A DNA stretch of 64,000 nt from Podarcis filfolensis (lineage: Eukaryota). A program made the translations under genes and the position numbers. The stretch lies in NCBI GenBank assembly GCA_964270895.1, contig OZ185446.1. The stretch is one strand, 5' to 3'. The notes beneath the pieces are model-generated. The model was not told where the DNA came from. It searched no databases and saw only the letters and a program-made list of their open reading frames with translations. Below are positions 62,810-64,000 of this stretch, piece after piece. How positions within the stretch are numbered: position 1 is the first letter of the stretch; every line of letters starts with the position of its first letter.

Positions 62810-62929
62810 GCATTGGTGGATTTATGGTACGTCAGCGGAGTCGTACAGGACAGGGAAAAACAAAACGATCTCTTTCAAGGAAGGACTCCTCTGGCTCTGT
62901 ATCTGAGCAGATACCCAGCAGAGATGAAA
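62810..62929 (+). CDS. KMT2C: KMT2C exon 25 (120 nt) IGGFMVRQRSRTGQGKTKRSLSRKDSSGSVSEQIPSRDE
   Basis: ttttacag|GCATT...GAAA|gtgggt. Confidence 0.95.
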
Positions 62930-64000
62930 GTGGGTACTAATTATGTGAATCAACCACTTAAATGTGACACTGATAGTTAAGTTAAATTATCTGTCACTAT
63001 AGCAACATGTACTCCAATATAGGAGCATTATATTGTTAAGATTCATTATAATGCAATTCTTAAAAAATTAACTACTGGTTTTCTCTACATCTGTATTTTC
63101 AGCACTTCCCATAGCACATACTTATTCCTGAAGCATCATTTTAAAAGTGCCTGTCCTGAACAGTTCATATTAATTTTGCATGTTTTTATTCTTAAGCCTG
63201 TTCCGTACCATTTGTGCATTAATCTGTGGATTTAAAAAAAACTATGAAAATTGTTATTTAATTCTTTCTTTATTTTTTTGCAGTATTTTACTGCAAAATA
63301 CATATTGAAATAAACATTTTATTTCAATGTATGCATTTCTATAAATATTTTATCCTAAATTACATACTTCAGTATGTTTTTAAGCAAAAAAACTGTATTG
63401 TGAAATTCAGAGGAAGGATCACTGCATTCTGATCTGTGTGAATTAGGTCAGTTTACTTAATTTGTGGGCCAAATAAAACTCTTCTCCACCTCACCTGCAA
63501 CTGCTTGCTCACCCACCCATCTCACCTTGTTTCTGCCATCTGTTCACACTGTCTCATGCTGCCCATTTATACTCAGAATTGTCTGTCAGGAGGTGGCTAC
63601 AGGTAATGTAGTAGTGTTGAGGGAAAACCGACAAATGGGTTTCTTGCAGTGCAACCTTTTAAAAAATTGTAGTGATAGCATCTGCTCTTGATAAATTAGT
63701 TTAACGTGGTTAAATGCCTCCTTACATAACATGAACACAAACTCCAATATTTTTTATGCTCTGTTTAGAACCAGGGATTTTACCTTAATCAATAATTTGG
63801 GGTTTGGGTCTTGTTGTCTCAATAGGTTGTATCATTATGAAGGCAATGTTAATGAAATACTGTGTTACCATAGCTTTGTTTTAGGAATGGACAGTAACTG
63901 CAGAGTGGATGATACTGCAGTTGGATTGATTATATTGATTTACCCATAACTGACTTGTTCAGTTACCTAATAATGCTCATCAAAAGTAGGAATTCCCCTC

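Larger units (their letters stand above)
4365..62929 (+). other. KMT2C: KMT2C/MLL3 histone H3K4 methyltransferase gene, partial (exons 2-25 span)
   Basis: 23 exons with canonical AG/GT borders and matching phases join into a stop-free 3719-nt frame. Translation matches recalled vertebrate KMT2C (e.g. DMCVVCGSFGQGAEGRLLACSQCGQCYHPYCVSIK, PKIGMGKPAITKRKFSPGRPR). Most exon lengths equal recalled human lengths. Confidence 0.97.

Noticed and set aside
3247-63949. Remaining short ORFs in the supplied track
   Set aside because: 60-120-aa AT-rich frames with Leu/Phe/Ile-biased composition, as expected by chance; the real ones are exon fragments already listed

Overview
Eukaryotic genomic DNA, not prokaryotic. 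The window holds the 5' part of a vertebrate KMT2C (MLL3) gene on the + strand. I located 23 GT-AG coding exons (human-numbered 2-12 and 14-25; numbering and human exon sizes are from memory). They splice into one open frame of 3719 nt (~1239 codons) covering the extended PHD, two PHD clusters and the acidic/Ser-rich linker. Exon 1 and the rest of the gene lie outside the window. The repeats (Sauria/Squam1 SINE, BovB, CR1, L1, L2, Penelope-like ends, Tc1/mariner and hAT MITEs) point to a squamate, most likely a lacertid lizard (inference). Most ORFs in the supplied track are intronic noise or exons read through into introns. Best leads: (1) an apparently intact minimal type I hammerhead ribozyme in sense orientation in intron 9, inside a Penelope-like insertion with a 14-bp TSD; (2) no recognisable homolog of human exon 13, but an antisense BovB insertion creates a new splice acceptor in front of an in-frame 78-nt segment of the same size and phase; (3) a MITE with ends resembling mammalian Tigger1; (4) a ~350-bp intragenic duplication with no TE hallmarks; (5) a pre-miRNA-like hairpin; (6) a young hAT MITE carrying telomeric CCCTAA repeats beside exon 22. 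All repeat family names come from recalled consensus motifs; no database search was run.
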